A stretch of 32,909 bases of DNA from a virus, in IMG/VR virus record IMGVR_UViG_3300035104_000006, positions 81,576 to 114,484 of that record. The stretch is one strand, 5' to 3'. Made by a program: the position numbers and the translations under genes. The notes beneath the pieces are model-generated. The model was not told the DNA's origin, did no database searches, and saw only the letters and a program-made list of their open reading frames with translations. Shown piece by piece: positions 8,098-17,891 of the stretch; positions within the stretch are counted from its first letter, which is position 1, and each line of letters begins with the position of its first letter.

Positions 8098-9975
8098 TTG
8101 GACGTTTATCAACAATTTATTGCAACTAGAACATACACTCGTTGGCTAGAAGAAGAGAATCGTCGTGAAACTTTTCAAGAAGCAATTGATCGTTACGTAG
8201 ATTTCTTTTCAGAAAGAATACCGGATGAATATATCGGAGAGTTTCACGAAGCTAGTAAGTTAATATCCAGTCTTGATGTAATGCCTAGTATGCGATGCCT
8301 ATGGACTGCTGGAGAAGCTCTAGCTAGAGAAAACATTGCAGGCTATAATTGCAGTTATCTTGTAATTAACAACTATCGTGCTTTTGCAGAGATGCTTTAT
8401 ATACTAATGAACGGCACTGGAGTTGGGTTTTCTACTGAACGACAGGAGATAAATAAACTTCCTATTATACCAAACTCCTTGAAAGAATCAGACAAATATA
8501 ATATAGTATTCTCTGATTCTAAACGTGGCTGGGCTGAAGGGTACTTATCTCTTCTGAAGTCGCTCTACCAAGGATTTATTCCAGCAAGTATTGACTATTC
8601 ACGAATCCGTCCTGAAGGGGCGAGATTGAAAACCTTCGGTGGTCGTGCGTCCGGACCACGCCCATTGAAAGAACTCGTCACATTTACAATAAACATGTTC
8701 AAAAATGCACAGGGGAGAAAGCTATCTTCTCTGGAATGTTACGATCTCGGATGTTTCATCGCTAATTGTGTGGTAGTTGGTGGAGTTAGACGGTCAGCGA
8801 CAATAAACCTATCAAACCTGTCTGATGATAAAATGCGTCATGCAAAAGATGGACATTTTTATCTTGAACATCCGTATCGTGCGCTATCGAACAATTCCGT
8901 AGCATATACGGAAAAACCAAATTCAGTAATCTTCATGGATGAATGGTTGTCTCTTGTACGTGGCTGTTCTGGCGAACGAGGGATAGTCAATCGAGAAGCG
9001 TTTGATAAAAAATGTACAGCTATCGGTCGTGAAGTAGTAGAAGGAATGGGAGTGAACCCCTGCGGCGAGATAATTCTTCGTCCAAACCAGTTCTGCAATC
9101 TATCCGAAGTAGTTATAAAAGAGCATGACAATTTCGACACTCTCCTCCCGAAAGTAGAGGCAGCTACTATATTCGGAATACTACAATCCACACTTACTAA
9201 ATTTAATTTCATAAGAAAGGAGTGGATTGATAATACTGAAGAGGAAAGATTACTAGGAGTAAGTCTTACTGGAATTTGTGATAATAATCAACTCGGCCCT
9301 GGTGATTATAGAGCGTTACGAGACTATGCGTGGAGGGTTGCAGAAAAATGGGCGGATAGATTATCAATAAACTGCCCTAAAGCAATTACCTGCGTTAAGC
9401 CGTCCGGTACGGTCAGTCAGCTTGTAAATTCAGCTAGCGGTATTCATCCGAGATATTCAAAATACTACATTCGCCGTGTTCGTGTAAATGCAACTGATCC
9501 TATTGCAAACTATTTGATCGACAAAGGTGTTACATGGAATCCTGAAGTAGGGCAGTTATTGGAAAATCATACTACGAAAGTATTCGACTTTCCAATTGCC
9601 AGTCCTGAAGGATGTGTGACGAGAAATGATATGTCGTCTATTGATCAACTTGAGCATTGGCGGGAGCTAGCCGACAATTGGTGCGATCATAATCCATCAG
9701 CTACTATATATGTCAAGGATGATGAATGGGTAGAAGTAGGAGCATGGGTTTATCGAAACTGGGAATATATCGGTGGGCTAAGCTTCCTTCCCTATGCTTC
9801 TGGCAATTACCCACTTGCACCGTATGAAGAGATAAGTTATGATGAATATGAACGGCTAAAACGAGAATTTCCAAAGGATATCGACTTCGAGAGGGATTTG
9901 CCTAATTTTGAAAAATCAGATGAAACAGAAGGGGCGAGAGAGTTCGCCTGTATAGGAGGAGTATGTGAGATCTAA
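8098..9975 (+). CDS. nrdJ: class II (adenosylcobalamin-dependent) ribonucleotide reductase, monomeric RTPR type
   Basis: MPSMR, YNCS, GTGVGFS, VVGGVRRSA, NPCGEI, QFCNLSEV, TCVKPSGTVS, HNPSAT, C-terminal CxGGxC. No beta subunit nearby; TTG start after AAGGAG. Confidence 0.92.
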   Translation: MDVYQQFIATRTYTRWLEEENRRETFQEAIDRYVDFFSERIPDEYIGEFHEASKLISSLDVMPSMRCLWTAGEALARENIAGYNCSYLVINNYRAFAEMLYILMNGTGVGFSTERQEINKLPIIPNSLKESDKYNIVFSDSKRGWAEGYLSLLKSLYQGFIPASIDYSRIRPEGARLKTFGGRASGPRPLKELVTFTINMFKNAQGRKLSSLECYDLGCFIANCVVVGGVRRSATINLSNLSDDKMRHAKDGHFYLEHPYRALSNNSVAYTEKPNSVIFMDEWLSLVRGCSGERGIVNREAFDKKCTAIGREVVEGMGVNPCGEIILRPNQFCNLSEVVIKEHDNFDTLLPKVEAATIFGILQSTLTKFNFIRKEWIDNTEEERLLGVSLTGICDNNQLGPGDYRALRDYAWRVAEKWADRLSINCPKAITCVKPSGTVSQLVNSASGIHPRYSKYYIRRVRVNATDPIANYLIDKGVTWNPEVGQLLENHTTKVFDFPIASPEGCVTRNDMSSIDQLEHWRELADNWCDHNPSATIYVKDDEWVEVGAWVYRNWEYIGGLSFLPYASGNYPLAPYEEISYDEYERLKREFPKDIDFERDLPNFEKSDETEGAREFACIGGVCEI

Positions 9976-10201
9976 TAAAACTACAACGACATCGGCTAAT
10001 AAACCTGTATCCGAAAATAAAAAAGAAAATAGTAAGGTCGATCCTGATAAAATTGCAGAGGATATCGTGTCAATGATTTCTTCGGTACTTAATCAGAGAA
10101 ACGGTATCGGAGAGGTTTGGCGACTACTACATAATAACAGGAAAAATGAAATTAAATCAAAATGGAAACATGAGATAGTAGAGATACTTAAGAATAAGTA
10201 G
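9965..10201 (+). CDS. hypothetical protein (78 aa)
   Basis: Overlaps the RNR stop after GGAG; last gene before the terminator. Confidence 0.55.
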   Translation: MRSNKTTTTSANKPVSENKKENSKVDPDKIAEDIVSMISSVLNQRNGIGEVWRLLHNNRKNEIKSKWKHEIVEILKNK

Positions 10202-10211
10202 ATAGATACAG

Positions 10212-10253
10212 AAAAGCCCTGACGAGAGATTATTTTCTTGCCAGGGCTTTTTT
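10212..10253. terminator. bidirectional rho-independent terminator between the converging arms
   Basis: AAAAGCCCTG...CAGGGCTTTTTT inverted repeat flanked by A and T tracts. Confidence 0.85.
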
Positions 10254-10261
10254 ATTATTAT

Positions 10262-10546
10262 TTATTTCTTTTCTTTCTTTACAATCTGCACAGCAGTTTC
10301 AATGGCATAGTTGATAACACTATCTTTTATCTCATCATCGAAACCGTCAAGTTCCATTTTCACCATCTTATAAGCCGTCTCTCGTTTATCCTCACTCTTC
10401 ATATCATATCCATCCAGCTTCTTTACAATATCAATAGCTTTATCAAGAACCATACTTCCTATTTCAGTAGCAAGTTCGTCAACAGCAGGTTTGATCTTTT
10501 TGAATATCGAACTAAACAAACTTCCAATCCAACTAAAAATACCCAT
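10262..10546 (-). CDS. lysis-cassette protein, holin-like (LL-H-type resemblance)
   Basis: N-terminal amphipathic/hydrophobic MGIFSWIGSLFSSIF, 'KRE.AY..V...AIETAV', basic C-terminus; located downstream of the endolysin. Confidence 0.45.
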   Translation of the reverse strand: MGIFSWIGSLFSSIFKKIKPAVDELATEIGSMVLDKAIDIVKKLDGYDMKSEDKRETAYKMVKMELDGFDDEIKDSVINYAIETAVQIVKKEKK

Positions 10547-10551
10547 GACAA

Positions 10552-10653
10552 TTATCTCCTTTTTCTTTTCTTTTTAGTAAATAAGTTTTTAATTTTCTGG
10601 AATAGCCACCTATCCCAATCGATTTTCCATTTCTTTTTGTACATAAATTTCAT
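10552..10653 (-). CDS. 33-aa highly cationic Trp-rich peptide (not in the ORF track)
   Basis: MKFMYKKKWKIDWDRWLFQKIKNLFTKKKRKRR*. ATGA overlap with the upstream gene's stop; its 3' end contains the AAGGAG RBS of the next gene. Confidence 0.55.
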   Translation of the reverse strand: MKFMYKKKWKIDWDRWLFQKIKNLFTKKKRKRR

Positions 10654-11072
10654 ACGTACATTCTCCCAAACACTCTAACTGCCTTATACCACATATATGC
10701 CCTTGCTTGCAATACCTTTTTGATTAAAAATAGTAAATACTTATTACCCTGTTTTTCTTTAATAATTCTATCAATCTCCTTTAACATAAGTTTGTAAAAT
10801 AACTCATCTGCATGTTTACGATATTTTTTGTCAACTATACCTAGACTAATCAGTCGGTATATCGCATCATGTACAGCACTAGGTAAATGTGTTTCTTCAG
10901 TGTCTAGTGTCGGTCCAGACGCTCCATTCCATAAATAACCTTCGTCAAGCAGTAATTCTCCATTACTTGATAGATGGATATTTCTGTAAGATACGTCAAT
11001 TCCTTTTATGTCCGTAAATACTTTAATCGGACTGTCAAGACGGTACTTATAATCACTTTTTGTAAATTTCAT
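10650..11072 (-). CDS. DUF1353-like protein
   Basis: GY.W.GASGP, S.VHDA.Y, RK.AD..F, Y.AVR.FG. Confidence 0.7.
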   Translation of the reverse strand: MKFTKSDYKYRLDSPIKVFTDIKGIDVSYRNIHLSSNGELLLDEGYLWNGASGPTLDTEETHLPSAVHDAIYRLISLGIVDKKYRKHADELFYKLMLKEIDRIIKEKQGNKYLLFLIKKVLQARAYMWYKAVRVFGRMYV

Positions 11073-11081
11073 GTCTGCTCC

Positions 11082-11447
11082 TTAATCATAAAGCCACATT
11101 ACATTATCCGGTTTCGTTTTATCCACATCGCAATGTACGAAATCGCTGCCTATACCTATACGGTTTATTCCACAAGATAGTAATGCTTCAATTAACAGTA
11201 ATCTGTAATAACTTGTCTCGCAAGAAATATCTACAGCTATACCTTTAGTATGTGCGGAATTATCAACCCCACCGACTAATCTGTTATATTCCTTACACCG
11301 ATATCCACTAGTGATAATCATTGGTATGTCAGTAATATCCCTAACTCGTTGTAATTTATTTACGAAAGCTACATCCATGTAACTCTCTCCGCACCCGCAA
11401 TTACAGGCAAATTCTGACCAACTGAAATTTTTTGTTATATCTCCCAT
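11082..11447 (-). CDS. endolysin, peptidase M15 family (Zn peptidase)
   Basis: NFS..EFAC.CGCG, ITSGYRC..YN..VGG..NSAH..G.AVDI, GIG..FVHCD. Confidence 0.88.
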   Translation of the reverse strand: MGDITKNFSWSEFACNCGCGESYMDVAFVNKLQRVRDITDIPMIITSGYRCKEYNRLVGGVDNSAHTKGIAVDISCETSYYRLLLIEALLSCGINRIGIGSDFVHCDVDKTKPDNVMWLYD

Positions 11448-11450
11448 AAA

Positions 11451-11915
11451 TTACTCCTTTGGAAATCTAGCCTTAACTGCAAGGCATGATGATTTATAGT
11501 TATCTATCTGCACCTGGTCTCCCTTTGCTACTGCGTCTAAGTATTCTTCCATAGGGGGATAAAAGAATTTTCTGATGTAATAATAATTATCTAGTTTCCA
11601 CTGAATTACATCTACAGTACCATTAAAATAAGAATCTATCTTAAAATTAACCGCTTCATCCGTGTCATCTCTATTAAAAGTTAATTTACCTCTAAAGGCG
11701 CTTTGTCTGCGTAACCCTATTATTTCATTGGTAATTAACGTAGGCATCCCGTTTAACATATAATAGTCACTTTTATGTTTATCTATTGGAATCTGCAATA
11801 CAGAGCCGTTACAGGCTTTTCTCATAGGTTCTATTATACAATCATATAAATCTTCTGCTGATATCGTAGTTGCATGGACTATATCTGTGTTTGTGTATAT
11901 TAAGTATTTAATCAT
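11451..11915 (-). CDS. tail-associated / fibre assembly-like protein
   Basis: Follows the tail tip gene; C-terminal 'R...YPP.EEYLDA..KGD..Q...Y...CLAVK..FPK' is common in phage tail-associated proteins. Confidence 0.55.
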   Translation of the reverse strand: MIKYLIYTNTDIVHATTISAEDLYDCIIEPMRKACNGSVLQIPIDKHKSDYYMLNGMPTLITNEIIGLRRQSAFRGKLTFNRDDTDEAVNFKIDSYFNGTVDVIQWKLDNYYYIRKFFYPPMEEYLDAVAKGDQVQIDNYKSSCLAVKARFPKE

Positions 11916-11917
11916 AT

Positions 11918-14900
11918 TTAATTCCTTACACCAGTTATTGTTAGATTACCTGTATAACGAAGAGTTAGACAAGTAAACGTCTTAGCAGCCCTTACGGAGA
12001 ACGTTACTGAGGTATTTTTAGGTATAGTATACGTAACACCTCCAGCTTTAGCGTCTTCTCCTATAGGAGACCAGCCATAATCAAATATCTTATTATCTGC
12101 TCCAGCCCAAATACCAAAAATCTGAGAGTGATTAGTAAACTCATCAGTACACCCATCTAAAGCTTCAACCCCAGACCTACCCATAAAAGCCACTAGTACT
12201 TTGTAAGATCTATAAGAATCTGTGTTACTTATAGATATACTGCCTAGACAACTTGTATTAGTGTAAGTTATAGTGTCCCCAAAAGAAAGCTGTGCTACTG
12301 CCTCTGCATCTATGTCTTCCTTATACAATGCACTTATCTGATCTGCTTCTATGGTTTTGGCTAGTACAGTACCAGTGGCTACCATGCCTCCGTTCATATA
12401 TGTAGTAGTACCATCTCTCCAGCCTTCTACGATATTAGCTGTTCCTCCTAGAGTAATGCTATTAGCAGTTATATCACCCTCCTTGTCTATCTGCCAAGTA
12501 GCCCCTCCATCGGAAGATTGTATGATATTCCCTATCTGTGCATTCTGCACAGCAGCATCGCCAATCTTAGCAGTGCCGATAACCATATTAGCTCTACTGT
12601 CCCAGCCTAATTCATATCCTGTTCCGTAGTTAATAGCTATCTGATAATCCTCATTGGCTTCTTGCAGGGCTTGGAATACTGATATGTCGTTAGTGTATTG
12701 ATAAGATGAAGGAGAGGTATTGTCCCAATATATGTATGACGCGCTAGTTGTGCCTGAGGGGATAACATACTCTACTCCTTTATACCAAAGACTATGTTCA
12801 TTCCAAGATATATTAGGATCGGAATTGCTCCAACTATCTCCTTCCAAAATAGGTACGTTATATAAATCACTAAACTCCTCTGCAAATCCAGTAACATCCG
12901 TGGCTTTAATAACGCTATCCATGACGAAGGCCACTTCCTCTGAATAAGTAAGGCCTTCCTCCCCGAATAAATCAAAAGCAGCAACTCTTACGTACCAAGT
13001 ACCGTCGTCTAGGCTGGATATATAGGAAGAATTTGTATTCTTACCCACACGAGTGTAGATATTATCCTCAGAAGGAGTAAATCCAGATACCCCATCTATG
13101 AATATAACATATCCATCCAAATCTGGCTCTTTAACTGCATTCCAGAATATCTCTACAGAACTAAAGTCTTCCTCTACACTAACTCCAGTAACTTGCCCTG
13201 TTTGGGGATTTGACGGGGTTATAAATCTCTCAAATCCTAAATTACCATCAATATCTTTAGCTGCTACACCTACGGTAAAAGTCCTGTTTAGTCCGTCTTT
13301 TATGTTAAGGTCATAGGTGTAGTTAAAGTAGGGTATTTTAGTGGTGTGGGAGGATAGTACTGCTGAGGTATCAGCATCGTAGATGGTTAATATATAACCA
13401 TCCAACCAATCAGCGCTTACCCAATCGTATCTTGAGAAATCTTGAGAGAAAGCAGAGTTAAAATTCTCCCCTGTAGGTCCGTCCCAGATTATAATACAAT
13501 TCTGTTCATTAAAACTAATTCCATCAGGAGAGTTCTCTACCCGTAGATTCTTAACTCCTTCCTGCATCTCTGGAGTGTAGATATCCAACACACTTTCAAC
13601 AAAATATAATCTATTAACACTGGTACTTAGAGTTTCTGTTATATCTTTATGATTTATCGTTTGGAAATATATATTAAATCCTCTAGTGGTTTTATTAGTC
13701 TCAAACTCACAGAATCTACTAAAGTAATCCCCTACCTCTACCCATTCACCGTAGTTTCCCTCATTATCTATCGGCTGGTAAGATATATGGACTCCTTTAT
13801 AAGTGTACTCTGAAGGAATATCCCAAGTAGCATATATCTTCCTTATTTTATTATTACTAGTCCCAAGATATAAATTATCAGTAACTCTAAGGTTACTTAT
13901 ATGTGGAAAAGGATTAGGCCTGGTTATATCTGATCCCTCAGTATCTGGAGTGACTTCATCGGTCTCGGTAAATACCTCCTTCTTATACTCTATAGCCTCT
14001 ACTGTGTGGATAAAGTCCTCGTCTTGTTCTATAGAGGATATCCTAAATGTCCTAGCATGATCGAAAGTAGAGCTACTTATGACGTAAGGGTCTTTAGGGG
14101 AGATAGTAGTAAGAGTTGTCTCTAAATCCATCCTAGTGAAGCCATTCCACGGGCCGAGGGCTAGTAATCTAACAACCTGAAGATTACCTTGTAAGTCCCT
14201 AACACCCACCCACACTGTGTCTATGGAAGGATTAACTACTGTGGAGTTACCTGTGAAATTATCTATCTCTGTTTGTGTGAAGCCGAATAATTTAAAAACA
14301 GAGTCTTCTATAAAATGATTAACATATACACTATAGCCGTCTATAGAATCTATCCTACCGCCATATCCCCATTCAGGTATATTATGCTGGAAGGATATAA
14401 CATCGCCAATCTCACAATCCAAAGCGTCTACGTCTACTTTAAAGTTAATAACCCTCTGAATATGTTTATTATTATTTAAGACGAACTTCCCAAATCGCCA
14501 AGCTTGGGACAAAGATGTAGTTCCGAAAGCATCAATGGATAATGGTGCTTTGCTGTTATTTATATCCTTATCTAATATACTTATAGTCGTACTCTCATAA
14601 TCATTATCCTGATCTAAGAAAGTAACTTCTACTTCCGTAGCTCTATCCTCCCAAGGCATGTAGGATATACTAAAACTGCCTTTTATTATATTACCCTCTG
14701 AGAATAACTGGGTAAAATCTGTGTTACGATAGGTTGTGCATCTAACTTTGCTTCCAGTGTAATATAGAGCTGCGCGAAAGTTATTTGCTACTTTAGACGC
14801 AGAATCCCAGATGTTTTCGTCAGTATCGAATATGCCGTTGAATTGAAACAACGGCTCTGTGCCTCCACCTAATGCTGGAACTTGTTGATCGTTGTTATTT

Positions 14901-16564
14901 GCCCAAGTAATAAAGTCATTAAGATCTATATTATCCGGATGGATGCCATCATATCTAACAACATTAAGGTAGTTATCTAAAACAGGCTGAGTTAATATGT
15001 CATAGCACACCCAAGCTGGGTTGTTGTTGTATTCTACATTCCAAGAAGAGCCGTTATATACTCTAATAAGCCTACCTTTTATAGTAGCCCCTACGTCTAT
15101 ACGCCCGCTATATTTAGAATTAGCTACTCCTTGTATACCTAACAATGCTGTTCTAGGGTATGTAAACGCGCTGTTGGTTGGGTACTTAACTGCTGACCAA
15201 GAGGCTGCGGATTGAGTTCTATCCATAGCTTCCCAATCATCAAGCCTTTCTACGTAGATAGAATAAGTAGAATTTTCGTCTAATCTGCGGAAAGTTACAT
15301 CATGTCCAATGAAGTCTTTAGGGTTTTTATCTCTACTTATATAGTAAGTATTAGAAACTGAGTTTTCTGTTGCATAAGCTGTTTTTGTAGTAACTGGATA
15401 CCAATCTATATTAGGATTTCCTGTTTCTACTATTTTTTGTTCCCTAAGTATTTCTTTTTCAGAACCTGTTAATAATTCAGGATTATATACATTTGAATAA
15501 GGATAGAGAATAAAAGTATCTTGTAATAGTCTATATCCACGTTTTGCTCCTGATATGCAAGGTAAAGTTTCTGCCAGTACTATCCCGGAAGAAGAGAAAT
15601 GTTCTGATTGCAATGTTGAATAGTATGATCTGGCAATATAAGTTTTTCCTGAAGTATTATTTACAAGCCTAATAGAAAATTCACCTGCTCTTGCATATAC
15701 ATCTCCATCATTTTGTGTATAATAAGCACCATTTGGAAAAGTAATGCTTATAGAAACTTCCATAGAACTTGGAGTTATATCATATCTATACTCTCCAGCA
15801 CTTGCACTTAATTGATAATTAAGATTTTCTTCTAAGATTGATTCCTTAAATCCTTGCATTACTGTCTGATTAATATGACCAACTCTAGTATCTGTTATTA
15901 TCCCATCATCAACTAAAGCTGATTGGCCATTTACTTCTATATTACTAATACTATGAATAGGCCCTCGTCCATAGCTAATAAGCATATTCAGTAGTGGGTC
16001 TTCACGATCTAAGTTTCGGTAAGCATTAATAATATTACCGGCTAATGATCTAACTGTTCCGTATATATAAGGTATTGGTAATCCTTGTTGCTGAGTTGTA
16101 GTTGGATCCCAGGAGTAATTATTTGACTGCTTGTTTTTAAAAGATGGGGCTGAAGGAGCCATTACCATATTAAGAGCAAGTGATGCACCTGTCATTAACA
16201 GGAATTTTCCAAAAGCTGCCCAACCAGATGCACTTACCGCAGAAGAGACAAGTGCTGTACTTCCTATAGCTGCCCACCCACTAGCTACAGCACTTGCTAT
16301 GTAAGCAATAGCAGCACCTATTCCATGTATATATCCAACTACAATAAGTTCATCACCATCTTGTAGTTTATAAAATGCATAATCATCAATATTGTCTATA
16401 GGCTGCCCGTTAAGGACAATCCTACACTCAATATCTTCAGGTACAACTTCTTCTACAATCCTACCGATAGTAACGCCTGCGTAATTATTCTGTCCAATCC
16501 AAACAGAACTTCTATCGAACGGATTAGTTACAATTTTTAATGTTGAATTATTATTATTATTCAT
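11918..16564 (-). CDS. tail tip / central tail fibre protein (lambda J-like, with fused N-terminal gpI-like region and FN3-like domains)
   Basis: QQGLPIPYIYG, YPRTALLGI, NNPAWVCYDILT, FNG.FD, F.EGNII.GSF, EIGDVI, FN3-like WYVRVAAFD. Likely start is MNNNNNSTL at 16564. Confidence 0.88.
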   Translation of the reverse strand: MNNNNNSTLKIVTNPFDRSSVWIGQNNYAGVTIGRIVEEVVPEDIECRIVLNGQPIDNIDDYAFYKLQDGDELIVVGYIHGIGAAIAYIASAVASGWAAIGSTALVSSAVSASGWAAFGKFLLMTGASLALNMVMAPSAPSFKNKQSNNYSWDPTTTQQQGLPIPYIYGTVRSLAGNIINAYRNLDREDPLLNMLISYGRGPIHSISNIEVNGQSALVDDGIITDTRVGHINQTVMQGFKESILEENLNYQLSASAGEYRYDITPSSMEVSISITFPNGAYYTQNDGDVYARAGEFSIRLVNNTSGKTYIARSYYSTLQSEHFSSSGIVLAETLPCISGAKRGYRLLQDTFILYPYSNVYNPELLTGSEKEILREQKIVETGNPNIDWYPVTTKTAYATENSVSNTYYISRDKNPKDFIGHDVTFRRLDENSTYSIYVERLDDWEAMDRTQSAASWSAVKYPTNSAFTYPRTALLGIQGVANSKYSGRIDVGATIKGRLIRVYNGSSWNVEYNNNPAWVCYDILTQPVLDNYLNVVRYDGIHPDNIDLNDFITWANNNDQQVPALGGGTEPLFQFNGIFDTDENIWDSASKVANNFRAALYYTGSKVRCTTYRNTDFTQLFSEGNIIKGSFSISYMPWEDRATEVEVTFLDQDNDYESTTISILDKDINNSKAPLSIDAFGTTSLSQAWRFGKFVLNNNKHIQRVINFKVDVDALDCEIGDVISFQHNIPEWGYGGRIDSIDGYSVYVNHFIEDSVFKLFGFTQTEIDNFTGNSTVVNPSIDTVWVGVRDLQGNLQVVRLLALGPWNGFTRMDLETTLTTISPKDPYVISSSTFDHARTFRISSIEQDEDFIHTVEAIEYKKEVFTETDEVTPDTEGSDITRPNPFPHISNLRVTDNLYLGTSNNKIRKIYATWDIPSEYTYKGVHISYQPIDNEGNYGEWVEVGDYFSRFCEFETNKTTRGFNIYFQTINHKDITETLSTSVNRLYFVESVLDIYTPEMQEGVKNLRVENSPDGISFNEQNCIIIWDGPTGENFNSAFSQDFSRYDWVSADWLDGYILTIYDADTSAVLSSHTTKIPYFNYTYDLNIKDGLNRTFTVGVAAKDIDGNLGFERFITPSNPQTGQVTGVSVEEDFSSVEIFWNAVKEPDLDGYVIFIDGVSGFTPSEDNIYTRVGKNTNSSYISSLDDGTWYVRVAAFDLFGEEGLTYSEEVAFVMDSVIKATDVTGFAEEFSDLYNVPILEGDSWSNSDPNISWNEHSLWYKGVEYVIPSGTTSASYIYWDNTSPSSYQYTNDISVFQALQEANEDYQIAINYGTGYELGWDSRANMVIGTAKIGDAAVQNAQIGNIIQSSDGGATWQIDKEGDITANSITLGGTANIVEGWRDGTTTYMNGGMVATGTVLAKTIEADQISALYKEDIDAEAVAQLSFGDTITYTNTSCLGSISISNTDSYRSYKVLVAFMGRSGVEALDGCTDEFTNHSQIFGIWAGADNKIFDYGWSPIGEDAKAGGVTYTIPKNTSVTFSVRAAKTFTCLTLRYTGNLTITGVRN

Positions 16565-16946
16565 ACTTATAAAATCCTTCAAGTTTGGCTTTCCAGACAG
16601 GAGAATCAAATCTTACTATATTAACACCAATGCCCTCACGAGTATGTATCATTCTACAATGATCAATAATCACACCGACATGAGTTACTAATTTTGAATT
16701 AGCACGAAAAGTTACTAGACACCCTGGTTCTGGATTATCAATTCTTTTATAAAAACTCTTGCATCTGTCAAGTTCTTCACTTATACCTTCATAATCCTTA
16801 AAAGTCATTTTATTCACATCAGGGAGCACAATACCTGCTCTACGATAAATCTCATAAACAAGGCCGAAACAATCATAATATTTAGGACCTTTGCAATTAG
16901 TTTTAAACGGCTTACCTATTAAATCAATATACAACTCTGAATCCAT
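16557..16946 (-). CDS. NlpC/P60 tail tip assembly protein (lambda K-like)
   Basis: LIGKPF, YDCFGLV..IY, HVGV, MIH; located between the L-like and J-like genes. Confidence 0.85.
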   Translation of the reverse strand: MDSELYIDLIGKPFKTNCKGPKYYDCFGLVYEIYRRAGIVLPDVNKMTFKDYEGISEELDRCKSFYKRIDNPEPGCLVTFRANSKLVTHVGVIIDHCRMIHTREGIGVNIVRFDSPVWKAKLEGFYKYE

Positions 16947-17541
16947 CGGGGTTAAGTCCATAGAATCCTCCAAATCTAGCGTCATTTCCTTTATTAACAC
17001 ATTCTGCGTAAGTTTTGTTACAGGTTATATCACTTCCTGTGTAGCCACATTCTATTGATTTAAACTCCCATGCACATGCTGTAGCTAAGTAACGATCAGG
17101 TGGAAATTTTCTTCTAAGAGGACTAGGAGCACCGAGACTCAGACTAACCCAATTCTCGTTAGCACTGGCTGACAATACTGTAAAACTCATAGTAAGGTCT
17201 GCGTAATCCTCGCTAAGATTTCCGGTATTAACTACATATAGTTTCACATCGGAATTTACAAGCCCGCCAGTAGTTTCAAGATATGGCATTAGTACTTTTG
17301 AAACATTAGATACGGAAATACTAATAGTTGGAACTTTACCAGAATCATCACTTTTAATCGGATCAATTTTATAAGGAAATGCCTCATAAACACTACCGTT
17401 AAAAGTTACATTTTCTCCATTATCTGTGTATCTAATAACTGTACTACTGTCGCTGATAGAAATATCGAGCAGGGTAATCCAAGGATCAACCTGCTCTATC
17501 ATATTTTTAGCTTCTTGCAACTCATTACTAAGGTTTTTCAT
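16924..17541 (-). CDS. minor tail protein (lambda L-like)
   Basis: F.G..Y.AFP, P...ISVSNV, C-terminal C.W.FKS.ECGY.G....C.KT...C...N..RFGGF (Fe-S Cys pattern). Confidence 0.85.
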   Translation of the reverse strand: MKNLSNELQEAKNMIEQVDPWITLLDISISDSSTVIRYTDNGENVTFNGSVYEAFPYKIDPIKSDDSGKVPTISISVSNVSKVLMPYLETTGGLVNSDVKLYVVNTGNLSEDYADLTMSFTVLSASANENWVSLSLGAPSPLRRKFPPDRYLATACAWEFKSIECGYTGSDITCNKTYAECVNKGNDARFGGFYGLNPDGFRVVY

Positions 17542-17549
17542 AATTATTA

Positions 17550-17882
17550 TTAAACCTCTGTTAGTGTAAACGTATCAAAAGCAAACTGTCCTGGATATTT
17601 TTCAATCCAAGATAACGGCTCTTCAAACACAACATATCTAGTAATTCCAGTCTTATCTACCCACGAAAATGAAGTAACGCAATTAACACTGTCAAACAAG
17701 TTAATAAGTTCACTAGCATCAGTTGAACTGAGAAGATCATAAGTAAGCTCCCATTTTTTACGAGCACGAGTTGATCGCAATCTTCTGATAACATGATTAC
17801 TCTCCGTGTCGTTTTTAATGTAATTATCAACCGTTATTACTTTTTCAGTAACAGGTCGTCTTGAAAGATTCGGAAAATTCAT
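17550..17882 (-). CDS. distal tail protein (lambda M-like)
   Basis: Directly downstream of the TMP; R..W.L.Y..L, F.W, V.F motifs. Confidence 0.7.
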   Translation of the reverse strand: MNFPNLSRRPVTEKVITVDNYIKNDTESNHVIRRLRSTRARKKWELTYDLLSSTDASELINLFDSVNCVTSFSWVDKTGITRYVVFEEPLSWIEKYPGQFAFDTFTLTEV

Positions 17883-17891
17883 AATGTTGAT

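Noticed and set aside
16547-16561. (AAT)n run encoding poly-Asn at the start of the tail tip gene as a phase-variable tract
   Set aside because: It is a short trinucleotide run in AT-rich DNA that also supplies the upstream stop codon; similar TTA runs occur at other gene boundaries here.
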